Below are positions 20,787-32,550 of a stretch of 64,000 nt of DNA, in pieces. The translations under genes and the position numbers were made by a program. Every line of letters begins with the position of its first letter. The first letter of the stretch is position 1. Below the pieces are notes generated by a model. That model had not been told where the DNA came from, did no database searches, and was given only the letters and a program-made list of their open reading frames with translations. Source of the DNA: an uncultured Chloroflexia bacterium (GTDB lineage: Bacteria > Chloroflexota > Limnocylindria > Limnocylindrales > CSP1-4); the NCBI GenBank assembly GCA_963766735.1, contig CAVYBU010000008.1, positions 192,001 to 256,000 on the forward strand. Reading direction: 5' to 3'.

Positions 20787-21687
20787 CTAGCCCGTCTTCA
20801 CCGGGTGGCCGCCAAACTCGTTGCGGAGCGCGGCGAGCACCTTGCCGCCGTAGGAATCGTCCTGGCGCGAGCGGAACCGGGTCAGCAGCGCAAGCGTGAT
20901 GACCGGAGCCGGGACGTCCTTGTCGATCGCCTCCTGCACCGTCCAGCGGCCCTCGCCGGAGTCTGACACCCAGCCCTTCAGGTGCGCCAGGTCGTTGCCC
21001 TGCGACGCGAACGCGCGGACCGCCAGCTCCAGCAGCCACGAGCGCACGACCGATCCGTGGTTCCACATCTCGGCGATGCCGCCGAGATCGAGGTCGTAGT
21101 CGGACGCGTGCATGATCTCGAAGCCTTCGGCGTACGCCTGCATCAGGCCGTACTCGATGCCGTTGTGGACCATCTTCACGTAGTGGCCGGCGCCCGGCCC
21201 GCCCACGTGCATGTACCCGCCCTCGGGTGCCAGCGACAGGAAGATGGGCTCCAGCGGCTTCACGGCCTCGGGCTCACCGCCGGTCATCAGGCAGTACCCG
21301 ACCTGGAGGCCCCAGATCCCGCCGGACGTGCCGGCGTCGACGTAGGCGATGCCCTTCGACCTTGAGCTCGGCGTGACGTCGGACGTCGTCGTGGAAGTTG
21401 GTGTTGCCGCCGTCGATGATCGTGTCGCCGGGTTCCAGGTGCTCCAGCAGCTCGTCGATCTGGGCCTGGGTGGCGTCGCCTGCCGGGACCATGATCCAGA
21501 CGTGGCGGGGTCTCTCCAGCTTCGAGACCAGCTCCGCGATCGAGTACGCGGCCTCGGCTCCCTCCTTCGCGATCTCGGTCGTCTTCTCGGGCGTCCGGTT
21601 GTAGGCCACGATCTGGTGGTCGTCGCGGAGCAGGCGGCGGACCATGTTCGCGCCCATCCGTCCGAGTCCGATGAAGCCGATGCGCAT
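20787..21687 (-). CDS. gnd: Decarboxylating 6-phosphogluconate dehydrogenase, short type; frameshift near 21355
   Basis: [50 protein letters not shown]. Confidence 0.93.
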
Positions 21688-21832
21688 GGGAGGGTCTCCG
21701 TTGGCGGGGAAGGGGCGAGGGGGTGGCCGGCGGGTAAAGGATAGGCGCGAAGGAGCCATCGCGCCCGAGTCGACACCGGCATGATTCGACCGGCGGGCGG
21801 CCGGCCGCGGTGGGTGCGCAACGGGGGTCGAT

Positions 21833-23016
21833 GTGACGGACGGGCGGCGATGGTTGGCGGCGGTCCTCGCCTTGGCGGTGGTCCTCGCCCTTGCGACGGG
21901 CTGCGGTGGACCCGCGGCACCGCTCGTGACGGCGCCGCCGGTTCCCGACGCCACCGTGCCCGCACTCGCATGGATGGCAACCGACGTGCCCCGGATCCGC
22001 GACGGTGAGGCGGTGGCGGTGTCGTTCGGGCCGACAGGGTTCGTCGCGGTCGGTGGGGTCACCGGCTGGCGTCCGGACGGGAACGGCGGCTTCAATGGGT
22101 TCCCGCTGCGACCGTTCATCCTGCGGTCGTCCGACGGCGTGACCTGGAGCGAGGCGGCACTGGATTTCGACATCGCGGGCATCGAGCTCCAGGACGTCGC
22201 GGCTGGGCCGGGCGGCTACGTCGCCGTCGGCAACCTCGATCCCGGGCCCGTGGTGCGCCGCGTCGTCATCTTGCGCTCCGAGGACGGACTTTCCTGGGAG
22301 CCGGCCGCGCTCCCGAACCCGGACGACAATCGGTCCGCCTGGCGCGTCGCCTGGACTGGCGAGTCCTTCGTGGTCTCGGTGACCGCGCACGGCGAGCCCC
22401 TGCCCGTCGAGCTGGCCTCGCCGGACGGGCGGGCGTGGACGTCTCGCGAGGTGCCCTACCAGCGTTGGCTCGTGCCGACGACCGCCGGGTGGCTCGGGAT
22501 CGGACCGCTCGACACCTGGACGACGCCGGACGGCGGCTCCTGGGAGGCGGACGCCCTGACGGGGCCGCGCGGCGGCACCGATGCCATGGTCCCCGAGCGG
22601 GGTGCCGTGACGCCCGGCGGCACCGTGCTCACGGGCTACTTCGACGGCGGCTGCAACCTGTTCGGCAACTGCGAGTATGGGACCGCGGCATGGTGGTCGT
22701 CGGACGCGCGGCACTGGTCGGCGCTGCCGTCCGCCTCGGAGGGCTGGCCCTTCGGAGGGTCGACCACGGGTGTGCACGTCCTCGGTGGTGGCGAGGGGCT
22801 GGCGGTCTACGCCAACGACCGTGACACGTGGGCCAGCGTGGACGGCTGGCGCTGGCAGCCGCTCGTCGCGGATGGGCCGCTGGTCCCGTCCGACCAGGCC
22901 GTGCGCGACATCGCCGTGGAAACGGAACGGTCGTGCTCGTGGGCGGCCGGTTCGATGGCGCCGGGCAGCTGCCGGCGCAGTCCGTGGCGATCGACGCCGC
23001 AGTGCCGGCGCCCTAG
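21833..23016 (+). CDS. Secreted lipoprotein-like protein with Asp-box (S-x-D-G-x-x-W) repeats; frameshift near 22925
   Basis: Lipobox ALATGC; [42 protein letters not shown]; alternative frame ends at TAG 23016. Confidence 0.75.
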
Positions 23017-23491
23017 TCCCGGCGGCTCGCCCATCGAGGACGTCTCGATCGCCAGCACCTTGCCCAAACGGCGCCGGTGCCGGGGCTCGCCCGAGAAGCG
23101 CGCGGCGAGGAACGCGGCCGCGCACTCCACCGCGGGCTCGATCCCGATGACCCGCGCCCCCATCGCCAGGACGTTCATGTCGTCGTGCTCCACGCCCTGG
23201 TGCGCGCGAGTAGGTGTCGTGGCAGAGCCCCGCCCGGATGCCCCGCATCTTGTTGATCGCGATGGACGCCCCCACGCCGGAGCCGCAGACCAGGATCCCC
23301 CGGTCCGCGTGCCCGGACTGGATGGCCTGGCCGAGCAGCCACGCGAAGTCCGGGTAGTCGTCCTGCGGGTCGGAGCCGTCGCCGCCGAGATCGATCAGCT
23401 CGTCGTCGGCCGACAGCAGCGCCTCCAGCCTCGCCAGCAGCTCGTCCTTGAACGCGGCTCCAGCGTGATCGGCCGCCAACGCAACGCGCAT
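23013..23491 (-). CDS. rpiB: Ribose-5-phosphate isomerase B (frameshifted; 3' end approximate)
   Basis: [37 protein letters not shown]. Confidence 0.88.
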
Positions 23492-23505
23492 CGCCGTCGC
23501 CTCCT

Positions 23506-25601
23506 TCAGCCGTGTCCGTGCGGGTGGCCGAGGGACGGGTCGGAGACGCCGACGCGCCCGCGCAGCCCCTCGCGGACCACGCGCCGCCCGACCGACGCCA
23601 CGTTCTCGGCGGTGAACCCGAAGGCCTCCAGGATCGTCCCGGCCGGCGCGCTGGCCCCGAACCGGTCCAGCCCCAGGATCGCCCCCTCGTCGCCGGCCCA
23701 TCGCTCCCAGCCCAGGGAGACGCCCGCCTCCACGGTCACGCGCTTGCGCACGTCTGCCGGGAGCACGCTCTCGCGATAGGAAGCGTCCTGGACCTCGAAG
23801 CGCTCCCAGCACGGCAGGCTCACGACGCGGGTCGGGATGCCGTCGGCCTCCAGCGCATCGGCAGCCGCCGCGCACAGGGCCAGCTCGGATCCCGTGGCCG
23901 ACGAGGATCAGCGCGGGCGTCCCTCCGGCCGCCTCCCGCAGCACGTAGCCGCCGCGGCGGACGCCCTCGCGTGCGCCCTCCTTCGTGCCCGGCAGGGTCG
24001 GCAGCTTCTGGCGGGTGAACGCCAGCGCCACGGGCCCGGGGGCCGCATCCGCGAGCGATGGACCGCTCCACCGCCAGCGCCCAGGCCGCGATCGCCTCGT
24101 TCCCGTCGCCGGGACGGATGAACCACAGGTTCGGGATCGCGCGCAGCGCCGCGTAGTGCTCGACCGGCTGGTGCGTGGGCCCGTCCTCGCCCAGGCCCAC
24201 GGAGTCGTGGGTCCAGACGTAGGTCACGTGCAGCCCGGAGAGGGCGGCGATCCGGACCGAGCCGCGCATGTAGTCGCTGAACGTCAGGAACGTGGCGCAG
24301 TACGGCAGGAACCCGCCGTGGTAGGCGATGCCGTTGGCGATGCCGCCCATCGCGTGCTCGCGCACGCCGAAGCGGATGTTGCGCCCCGCGTGGTCCGCGG
24401 CGAAGTTGTCGTGACCCAGCGCCTTGACGTCCGTCAGGTTGGACTCGGACAGGTCCGCGGACCCGCCGAAGAGCTCCGGCAGAGTGGCGGCCAGCGCCTG
24501 GATCGCGTCCTGGCTGGCGTTCCGGGTGGCGACCTCGGAGCCGGTCTCGTAGGCCGGGAGCGCCTGCGTCCCAACCGGCGGGCAGGGCACCGCTCACGCG
24601 ACGGCGGAGCTCGGCCGCCTCGGCGGGGAAGTCGGCCTCATAGGCGGTGACGCGCGCCTCCCAGTCGGCCACGAGCGCCTCGCCCGCGGGGACGGCGCGG
24701 CGGAACAGCTCGCCCGCCTCGTCGGGGACGAAGAAGCTCTTGTCCGGGTCCCAGCCGTACGCCTCCTTGGTGAGGCGGACCTCGTCCGGGCCGAGCGGGG
24801 CGCCGTGCGACTTCTGGCTGTCCTGCTTGTTGGGGCTGCCGAAGCCGATGTGGGTGTGGACCGCGATGATCGACGGGCGGTCGTCGGCCTTGCGCGGCCT
24901 CGATGGCCGCCGAGATCGCCGCGACGTCGTTCCCGTCCTCGATGCGCTGGGTGTGCCAGCCGTACGCGGCATAGCGCGCGAGCACGTCCTCGGTGAACGT
25001 CCAGGCGGTGGGGCCGTCGAGCTGGATCCGGTTGTCGTCGTAGAGGGCGATCAGCTTGCCCAGCTTCAGGTGACCGGCGAGGGAGCTCGCCTCCGCGGTG
25101 ATGCCCTCCTGCAGGTCGCCGTCCGAGCAGATGACGTACGTGCGGTGGTCGACGACGTCGTGGCCGGGCCGGTTGAACTCCGCGGCGAGGCGGCGCTCCG
25201 CGATGGCCATGCCGACGCCGTTGACCAGGCCCTGGCCCAGCGGGCCGGTGGTGGCCTCCACGCCCGGGGTCATGCCGTACTCGGGGTGACCCGGGGTGAT
25301 CGGAGCCCCACTGGCGGAAGAGCTGGAGGTCGTCCAGGCTCACGGCGTAGCCGGTCAGGTGGAGCAGCGAGTAGAGCAGCATGCTCGCGTGGCCGGCGGA
25401 CAGGACGAAGCGGTCGCGGTCCGGCCAGGCGGGGTTCGTGGGGGCGTGGCGGAGGTGGCTGGTCCAGAGCGCGTAGGCCATCGCCGCCACGCCCATGGGG
25501 GCGCCCGGGTGCCCGGAGTTCGCCTGCTGCACGCCGTCGATGGAGAGGGTGCGGATCGTGTCGACGGCGAGCCGCTCGAGGTCGTCCGAGGGGCTGGTCA
25601 T
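23506..25601 (-). CDS. tkt: Transketolase (multiple frameshifts)
   Basis: [57 protein letters not shown]. Confidence 0.93.
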
Positions 25602-25723
25602 CGCTGTCTCCGGGTGCGCGGGACGCGGGCTGGACCGGCGCGTCCCCGATGGCGGCGCGCAGCGCGGCGCGTTCGGCCGCGAGGGGCCATCGTACCGCGG
25701 GCGCGCGGCGTATCCTCGGCGCC

Positions 25724-26725
25724 ATGCCCGCCCTGCCTGCCCCGCAGCCGGCTGCCTCCTCGCCGCTCCCGCCGTCGCGCCCGCCCGCCGGCGGCCCATC
25801 GCCGCCGCGCGTCGTCGTGCTCGGCGACCTGGTGGTCGATGTCGTCCTCGCCCCGGACCGGGACCTCGCGCGCGGCACGGACGTCACCGGACGCGTGACC
25901 CTGCGCCAGGGCGGCTCCGCTGCCTCGACGGCACGGTGGCTGGGCCGGATCGGAGCCCGGAGCTCGCTCGTGTGCGCGATCGGGCGGGATGCTCCCGGCC
26001 GGGCGCTCGTCGCCGCCTCGGCCGCGGACGGCGTCACCGTGCGCGCGGTGCGCGTCGCGGGGGCGCCGACCGGCCGGATCGGCGTGCTCGTGGAGCCGGG
26101 CGGCGAGCGCTCGTTCGTCACGGAGCGGGGCGCCGCGCTCCGGCTCCGGCCGGAGGACCTGCACCCGGCCTGGTTCGCGGGCGCCGATGCCCTCCACCTC
26201 CCGGCCTATTCGCTCCTCGACCAGCCGCTGGGCGAGGCCGGGCATGGTCGCCTCCGTCTCGCGCAGCGCGGCCGGCGTGCTCGTGTCGGTGGACCTCTCG
26301 TCGTGCGGCCCGCTCCTCGCGCAAGGGCCGCCGCGCCGCGCTGTCGCTGATCCTCAAGGCCGCGCCGGACCTCCTGTTCGCGACCAGGGACGAGTCCCGC
26401 GCGCTCGTGGGCGCGAAGCGCGATGGCGGACCTCCTGGACCTGGCGCCGATCGCGGTCATCAAGCGCGGCCGCAAGGGCGTGACGGTGCTCGCCCGCGAC
26501 GGCGACGAGCCGTCTCCGGTTCGAGGTCGCCACCAGGCATCAGTCAAGACGCGGCGACACGACCGGCGCCGGCGATGCCTTCGACGCGGGCTTCCTGTCC
26601 GGCTGGCTCGAGGCCGGCACCGAGGGCCTCACGATGCCGCGGCCGCTGCGGCGGGGCGCGGTCGTCGGCAACCGCACGCCCTGCGCCACCTGTCCAGCCC
26701 GCCGGGGGAGCTTGTGCTCGCCTGA
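25724..26725 (+). CDS. PfkB family carbohydrate kinase, probable pseudouridine kinase (frameshifted)
   Basis: [31 protein letters not shown]; psuG nearby. Confidence 0.8.
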
Positions 26726-28825
26726 GCCGGAGCCGCTCGGTCCTGCGCGTACGGATCGGCTTCCAACCGCCGCGCTGCGTTCCGCTCCGGGGCGACCAGG
26801 AAGCGGTCGAACCAGTCGAGCATCCGGGTCATCCGGTCGATGCGGCGGTCGATGCGGCCGGTGGCCTGGATCACGTGGTACTCCTCGGGATAGAGGACGT
26901 ACTCCACCTCGCGGCCGAGCCAGCGCAGGGCGACGAAGAACTGCTCGTTGTCGGCCGGCGGGCAGCGTCGGTCCGCCTCCGACTGGAGCATGAGCAGCGG
27001 AGTGCGGACCTCGGCCACGTTGCGCAGCGGCGACTGGCGCCACAGCTGCGCCACGCCCTCCGGGGTGGTCGCGTCGCCCATCCGGGCCGCGCGGCAGTAC
27101 TCGGGGCCGCTGTCGCTGTGGGCCCACGCAGAGACCTGGTTCGTCACGCCGTTCTCGGACACGGCCGCCCGGAACCGGTCCGTGGTGCCCACCAGCCAGT
27201 TGACCATGAACCCGCCGTAGGACAGGCCGAGGGCGCCCAGCCGCTCGGGATCGGCCAGGCCGATCGCCACGGCGTGGTCGAGCGCGGCGTGGACGTCCTC
27301 GGCGTCCGGGCCGCCCCACTCGCCCAGCTGGGGCGCGATCCAGTCGGCGCCGTACGAGGCGGACCCGCGGATGTTGGGCAGGACCACCCGGTAGCCGCGC
27401 GCACAGAGGAGAACCACCTCCAGCGATGGGGCCGGGGCCCAGGCCCCCAGCGGACCGCCGTGGACGTCCACGATGGTCGGCAGCGGCCCATCGCCGGCGC
27501 CGGCCGGTGAGGCGATCCACGTCTCCACCGGGCCGCCGGGCCCGGGTGCCTCCACGAGCCGCATCTCCGGCCACGCGAGGCCGCCCGTCCAGGCCGAGCC
27601 CATCGTCGTGATCGGCCGCAGGGAGCCGTCCTCCTCGACGAGACACAGCTCGGGCGGCCGGGCGCCGATGGTGGCCGTGACCGTAGAGCCGGCCGCCACC
27701 CGCGGCAAGGGTGTTGGCCATGACGTCGCCCTGCGCGAGGCGCGCCGGGTCGCCGGCAGGCCGGCCACGGACCGGATCCACCGGGAACCGCCACGGGTGC
27801 GTCCGCCCCCGGTCCGTCACCAGGGCGATCACGGTGTCCGGGCCGGTCCACAGGGGTCCGGGCCGGCTGCTGGTCATCCAGCCCGTGAGGTCGGTGTCCG
27901 CCCAGTTGCCCACCGGCCGGTCCAGGTCCGGGGCCAGGGCGACGGCCGGCGCGCCACCGTCCGCCGGTCCCAGGTGGAGGGTGGGGGAGATGTCGTCGAA
28001 GAAGTCGGGGTCGTCTACGCCGATCCCGGCGATCCAGCGGCCGTCCGGCGAGTAGGCCGGCGATTTGACCGGCCCGGCAAGGGCGAGGATCTCGCGCGGG
28101 TCGCCACCGGCCAGCGGCACCTCCCAGATCGAGGTCCGGGGGTGGCGGTCGGCGTCGGGCTGCAGGTCGGCGACAAAGGCGATGGCCTTGCCGTCCGGTC
28201 GCCAGGCGATCTCGGAGGCCCCGCCGGGAACCGCGGTCAGGCATCGTGCGCTGCCCGTCCTCGGTGGCGGAGATCACGTGCACCTGGCTCCGGCGGTCGA
28301 GGTATCCCTCCTCGTCCCAGCGCCAGTCGAGCGTCGTCACGCGGCGTGCCAGCGGCTCGCCCGGCCTGGGCTTGGGGCCCACGATGAGCCGCTGCGGTCC
28401 GGTCTTCGCCAGGAAGGCGATCGACCGGCCATCCGGTGACCATGCCAGCTCCTCGACGCTCAGGTCTCCGGTGTCGATCGTGACCGGTTCGGCGGAGTCG
28501 CCCGCCCCGGCCAGCTCGAGGACCATCAGGTGCGAGTCCCGGTGCGGATCGTGGGAGCCGGGCTTCCTGCGCCGGAAGGCGAGCCGGCGGCCGTCGGGCG
28601 AGATCAGCGGGTGCTTGTCGCGCACGGGTCCGCTCGTCAGCTGGCGCGGAGCGCTGCCATCGACCGGCACCAGCCAGCAGTGCGAGACGTACCTTCCGCG
28701 GCTCACCGCGCGTCGCGTGATCACCGCGAACGACCCGTCTGGCGCGAGGTCGTGCTCTTCGAGGACGACCTGGTGGCGGAGGGTCTCGGGGGTGGGGAGC
28801 CGGGGGCGTTTCGTCGTGTAGCCAT
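26629..28825 (-). CDS. S9 family (acylaminoacyl) peptidase with N-terminal propeller (frameshifted; ends approximate)
   Basis: SPDG repeats, VHGGP, NIRGS, GLSYGG, D-x-R-C, YPEEYH. Confidence 0.88.
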
Positions 28826-28903
28826 GCCAGCAGGCGTAGCCCGCCGGCCCGGCGGCCGTCGTCACCTGGTGCACCCCGCGCACCGCGGACGTACCCTCAT
28901 CCC

Positions 28904-29836
28904 ATGCTCAGCCCCGACCGCATCGCCATCGCCCCCGAGGTTGCCGACGCCCTGCGCGACAACCGTCCCGTCGTCGCCCTCGAGTCGACGCTCATCACAC
29001 ACGGATTCGCCTACCCGGGCAACATCGAGGTCGCCGCCGCGTCGGAGCTGGCCGTCCGGTCCGCCGGCGCCGTGCCCGCGACCGTCGCGCTCCATGACGG
29101 TCGCCTGCTGGTGGGCCTGTCCGCCGAACAGCTGGAGTTCCTGGCGACGGCCCCGCGCGGCACCGTGCAGAAGGTCGCGCGTCCGAGCCTCGCCGCGGCC
29201 ATCGCCTGGGGCGGGTGGGGCGCCACGACCGTCTCCGCCACGATGATCGCCGCCCACGCCGTGGGCATCCGCGTGTTCGCGACCGGCGGCATCGGCGGGG
29301 TTCACCGCGGCGCCCTCGGTGGTGAGCGGCCCAGCCTCGACATCTCCGCCGACCTCGGTGAGCTGGCTCGCACCCCTGTGACGGTCGTCTGCGCAGGCCC
29401 CAAGGCCATCCTGGACGTGCCGCTCACGCTCGAGTACCTCGAGACGCATGGCGTGCCGGTCCTGGCCGTCGGGACGGACGAGCTGCCCGGGTTCTACTCG
29501 CGCGGAAGCGGGATCCCCGCGCCCCAGTCCGTGCCCGACATCGCGGCGGCGGCGGCCGTCGTCCAGGCACACGAGTCGCTGGGGCTTGGATCCGGGATCC
29601 TTGTCTGCACGCCGGTGCCCGAGGCCGACGCCCTCCCGGACGACGTCGCCCGCGAAGCGATCGCCCAGGCGGTCCACGAGGCCGATCGGGCGGGCATCAC
29701 CGGCCCCGCCGTGACGCCGTGGCTGCTGGCGCGCGTGGCGGCGATCACCGACGGCGCGTCCGTCGTGGCCAACACCTCGCTGATCCTCAATGACGCACGG
29801 GTCGCGGGCGAGCTGGCGGTCGCGCTCGCGGGCTGA
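28904..29836 (+). CDS. psuG: Pseudouridine-5'-phosphate glycosidase
   Basis: PVVALESTLITHG, GATTVSATM, FATGGIGGVHRG, DISADL, KAILD, VTPWLL. Confidence 0.95.
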   Translation: MLSPDRIAIAPEVADALRDNRPVVALESTLITHGFAYPGNIEVAAASELAVRSAGAVPATVALHDGRLLVGLSAEQLEFLATAPRGTVQKVARPSLAAAIAWGGWGATTVSATMIAAHAVGIRVFATGGIGGVHRGALGGERPSLDISADLGELARTPVTVVCAGPKAILDVPLTLEYLETHGVPVLAVGTDELPGFYSRGSGIPAPQSVPDIAAAAAVVQAHESLGLGSGILVCTPVPEADALPDDVAREAIAQAVHEADRAGITGPAVTPWLLARVAAITDGASVVANTSLILNDARVAGELAVALAG

Positions 29837-29929
29837 GACCTGCGCGGTCCGGCTGTGACGTACCCGATCCGTGTGTGGACCGCAGTCACCGAATCCTCGG
29901 TCACGGACGCGTTTGCGGCCATCTGCGCC

Positions 29930-29958
29930 TTGTCTGTGGCCGGGGCGCTGATTACACT
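29930..29958 (+). promoter_or_regulatory. sigma70-type promoter
   Basis: TTGTCT-N17-TACACT about 125 nt upstream of ATG 30083. Confidence 0.55.
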
Positions 29959-30082
29959 CGCGACGATCGTGGTCTTCCGGTCCAGCGAGCGGCGTGCGAG
30001 GGATCGGGGCCTGCTCGACCGGACCACCGGCTCGTAGCACCCGGTCAACGCCCGGGGGCGGGCGGCGCAGCGAGGAGCAGCA

Positions 30083-30601
30083 ATGCGGATCTACGAGGGG
30101 AGCCCGCGGCAGGATTTCGAGGAGGTCTTCCGGTCGATCGGCGCCTTTCTCGATGAACGCGGCATGCGGGACATCCTGCTGCTCGAGGTGCCGGACGGGT
30201 TCGTCGTCCAGGGGCTGGTCATGGCCGGTGGGTCGACCTCGGCGTGGTCCGAGGCGATCGGGACGCAGACCAAGGAGACCCTGACCTTCGTCGATGACGA
30301 CATCGCCAAGTTCATGGAGGAGGCCGCGACGCGTCGCGGTGACGTAGAGCAACCGGCCCCGACGAACGTGGGTCACGAAGGCGCCCTGCGCGTGATCGGA
30401 CGCTGGATCGACGAGCAGAAGCCGAAGGACGTGTTCCTGTTCGAGCAGGAGGGTGCCTACGTGGTCCGGCTCCTCATGGCCGGCCAGTCGGGCGCCCACC
30501 ATCAGCTGGCCGAGTTCACCCGTGACGACGTCTCGTCGCTGGTGGCCCAGGGCCCGATGCATCGGGGAGGCAAGGCCGACCCCGGCGCCCCCGCCTCGTG
30601 A
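30083..30601 (+). CDS. Hypothetical protein with internal duplication
   Basis: GAGGAG RBS; two similar halves (FRSIGAFLDE / LRVIGRWIDE). Confidence 0.8.
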   Translation: MRIYEGSPRQDFEEVFRSIGAFLDERGMRDILLLEVPDGFVVQGLVMAGGSTSAWSEAIGTQTKETLTFVDDDIAKFMEEAATRRGDVEQPAPTNVGHEGALRVIGRWIDEQKPKDVFLFEQEGAYVVRLLMAGQSGAHHQLAEFTRDDVSSLVAQGPMHRGGKADPGAPAS

Positions 30602-30662
30602 CAGGGCGCCCGACACCGGGCACAATCAGTAGCGATATGTCGTAGCAAGGAGGCCCAAGCCC

Positions 30663-30818
30663 ATGAAGGCGCTGCGGACCGTTGCCGTCGCGCTCGGGGT
30701 CACCCTGGGCGCACTGATCATCATCCCCATGGTCGTGCTGGCCGGACTCTTCGTCTGGCTGAAGCTGACCGAGGAGGACGACGAGGAGGCCCTGGAGCTC
30801 GAGCAGGAAGGCGCCTGA
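30663..30818 (+). CDS. 51-aa single-TM microprotein with acidic tail (not in ORF track)
   Basis: AAGGAGG RBS; MKALRTVAVALGVTLGALIIIPMVVLAGLFVWLKLTEEDDEEALELEQEGA. Confidence 0.8.
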   Translation: MKALRTVAVALGVTLGALIIIPMVVLAGLFVWLKLTEEDDEEALELEQEGA

Positions 30819-30940
30819 TCGCGTCGTCCACCCCGGCGGGCCCCCGGCCCGTCGATCCCTCGAATTCGCGTTCGACGCCCGCCATCCCGGCGGGCGTCTC
30901 CGCGTCCCCGTCAGGCCTCGCGTCTCCCGCGGGCGTCTCT

Positions 30941-31882
30941 GTGCCTCCGCCAGTCGCCGCCGGGTCGCCCCGTGATCGCCGCCTGGCCGAAGCCGGCATG
31001 CTCCTCACGGTCCTGATCTGGTCGGCCAACTTCGTCGTGGTCAAGGCGGCAATCGCCGAGCTGGGCCCGCTCACCTTCACGTCTGCCCGGTTCGTCATCG
31101 CCACCCTCACCCTGTTCCTGCTGGTCCGCTGGCGCACGGGGGCGATCCGCCGGCCCACCGGGCTCACCCTGCAGCTGATCGGCCTGGGCATGCTGGGGTT
31201 CGGCTGCTACCAGGTGGCGTGGACTCTCGGGCTGACACAGATCACCGCTGGCGACTCGGCGCTGATCGTGGCGGCATCCCCGGTGCTCGTCGCGCTGCTG
31301 GCCGGAGCTCTGGGGATGGACCGCCTGACGCCCCCGAAGCTGGCGGGCGCGCTGACGGCGTTCGTCGGGGTGGCGCTCGTCATCGCCGGCGGTCACGAGC
31401 TGACGCTGGGGGCCTCGCTGGCAGGCGACGCGCTCACGCTAGCGGCGGCCGTGTTCTGGGCGGTCTACACGGTGCTCGGAACGAGATTGCTCCGGCGCGT
31501 TGATCCCCTGCAGGCGACGGCCTGGACCGTCCTGGGTGGGACGCTGCTGCTGGTCCCGCTCGGGATCTGGGAGGCGGCCACCTCGCCGGCCGTCGTGGTG
31601 ACGCTGCCGGTGGTCGTGGCGGTGCTCTTCTCGGGCGCACTGGCCGTGGGGACGGCGAACGTGCTCGTGTTCAATGCCATTCGCCACATCGGGCCCACGC
31701 GGACCTCGGCGAGCCAGCTCCTGGTACCGGCGGGTGCCGTCATCCTGGGTGCGCTCTTCCTCGCCGAGCCGGTCCGGCCGGCCCAGGTCGTGGGCGGCGC
31801 GGTGATCATCCTGGGGCTGTGGCTGACGAGGCGGGGCAGCGTCCTGCCGACAAGCGTGCGGGCGCGGCTGCCGGGGGCCTGA
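30941..31882 (+). CDS. EamA/DMT family transporter
   Basis: LIWSANFVVVK, GD-x-L, about 10 TM helices. Confidence 0.9.
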   Translation: MPPPVAAGSPRDRRLAEAGMLLTVLIWSANFVVVKAAIAELGPLTFTSARFVIATLTLFLLVRWRTGAIRRPTGLTLQLIGLGMLGFGCYQVAWTLGLTQITAGDSALIVAASPVLVALLAGALGMDRLTPPKLAGALTAFVGVALVIAGGHELTLGASLAGDALTLAAAVFWAVYTVLGTRLLRRVDPLQATAWTVLGGTLLLVPLGIWEAATSPAVVVTLPVVVAVLFSGALAVGTANVLVFNAIRHIGPTRTSASQLLVPAGAVILGALFLAEPVRPAQVVGGAVIILGLWLTRRGSVLPTSVRARLPGA

Positions 31883-32004
31883 TCTACCAGCGATCCCAGC
31901 GCGCGAACTCCTCGAACGGCACCCAGCCCGTGTGAGGCTCCGCGACTCGCAGACCCCTCTTGCGTCGGCTGGGACACTTGCGCACCGTGGCGCATCTACC
32001 TCGC

Positions 32005-32550
32005 ATGACCGACATCACGATCGGGGACATCCCGGCGACCGACGCCACCGTCCGCCTCGCGGCGAGCGGCGACGAGGTGGCGTTCGCGCGCCTGGTGGAG
32101 CGACACCACGGATCAATGGCGAAGGTCGCCTACGCGGTGTGCGGTGATGTCGAGTCCGCACGGGACGCCACGCAGAGCGCGTGGGCCATCGCCTGGCGCC
32201 GGCTCTCCACGCTCCGCGACCAGTCCCAGGTCCGATCCTGGCTCGTGGCGATCGCCGCGAACGAGGCTCGCCAGGTCGTGCGCAAGCGCGGCCGCCGGGT
32301 CGTCGTGGACATCAGCGAATCACTGGACGCCGCGCCGGGGGCAGACCCCGCGGACCGGATCGGCGCCGTGGATCTCGCCCGTGTCCTTGCCAAGCTCAAG
32401 CCCGACGACCGCGCGCTCCTCGCGCTCCGGTTCGTCGCCGGTCTCGACTCCACCGAGATCGCCGTGCAACTCCACCTCTCCCCGTCGGGCGTGCGCAGCC
32501 GCCTCGCCCGGCTCATCGAGCGTCTCCGGACGGAGCTCGACCATGCCTGA
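32005..32550 (+). CDS. ECF sigma factor (cassette 1)
   Basis: GDEVAFARLV, DATQSAW, WLVAIAANEAR, region 4 EIA...GVRSRLAR. Confidence 0.92.
   Translation: MTDITIGDIPATDATVRLAASGDEVAFARLVERHHGSMAKVAYAVCGDVESARDATQSAWAIAWRRLSTLRDQSQVRSWLVAIAANEARQVVRKRGRRVVVDISESLDAAPGADPADRIGAVDLARVLAKLKPDDRALLALRFVAGLDSTEIAVQLHLSPSGVRSRLARLIERLRTELDHA

Noticed and set aside
18406-21066. Apparent gnd-zwf-opcA fusion (886 aa)
   Set aside because: A mosaic of frames produced by indels; each gene has its own stop in another frame.
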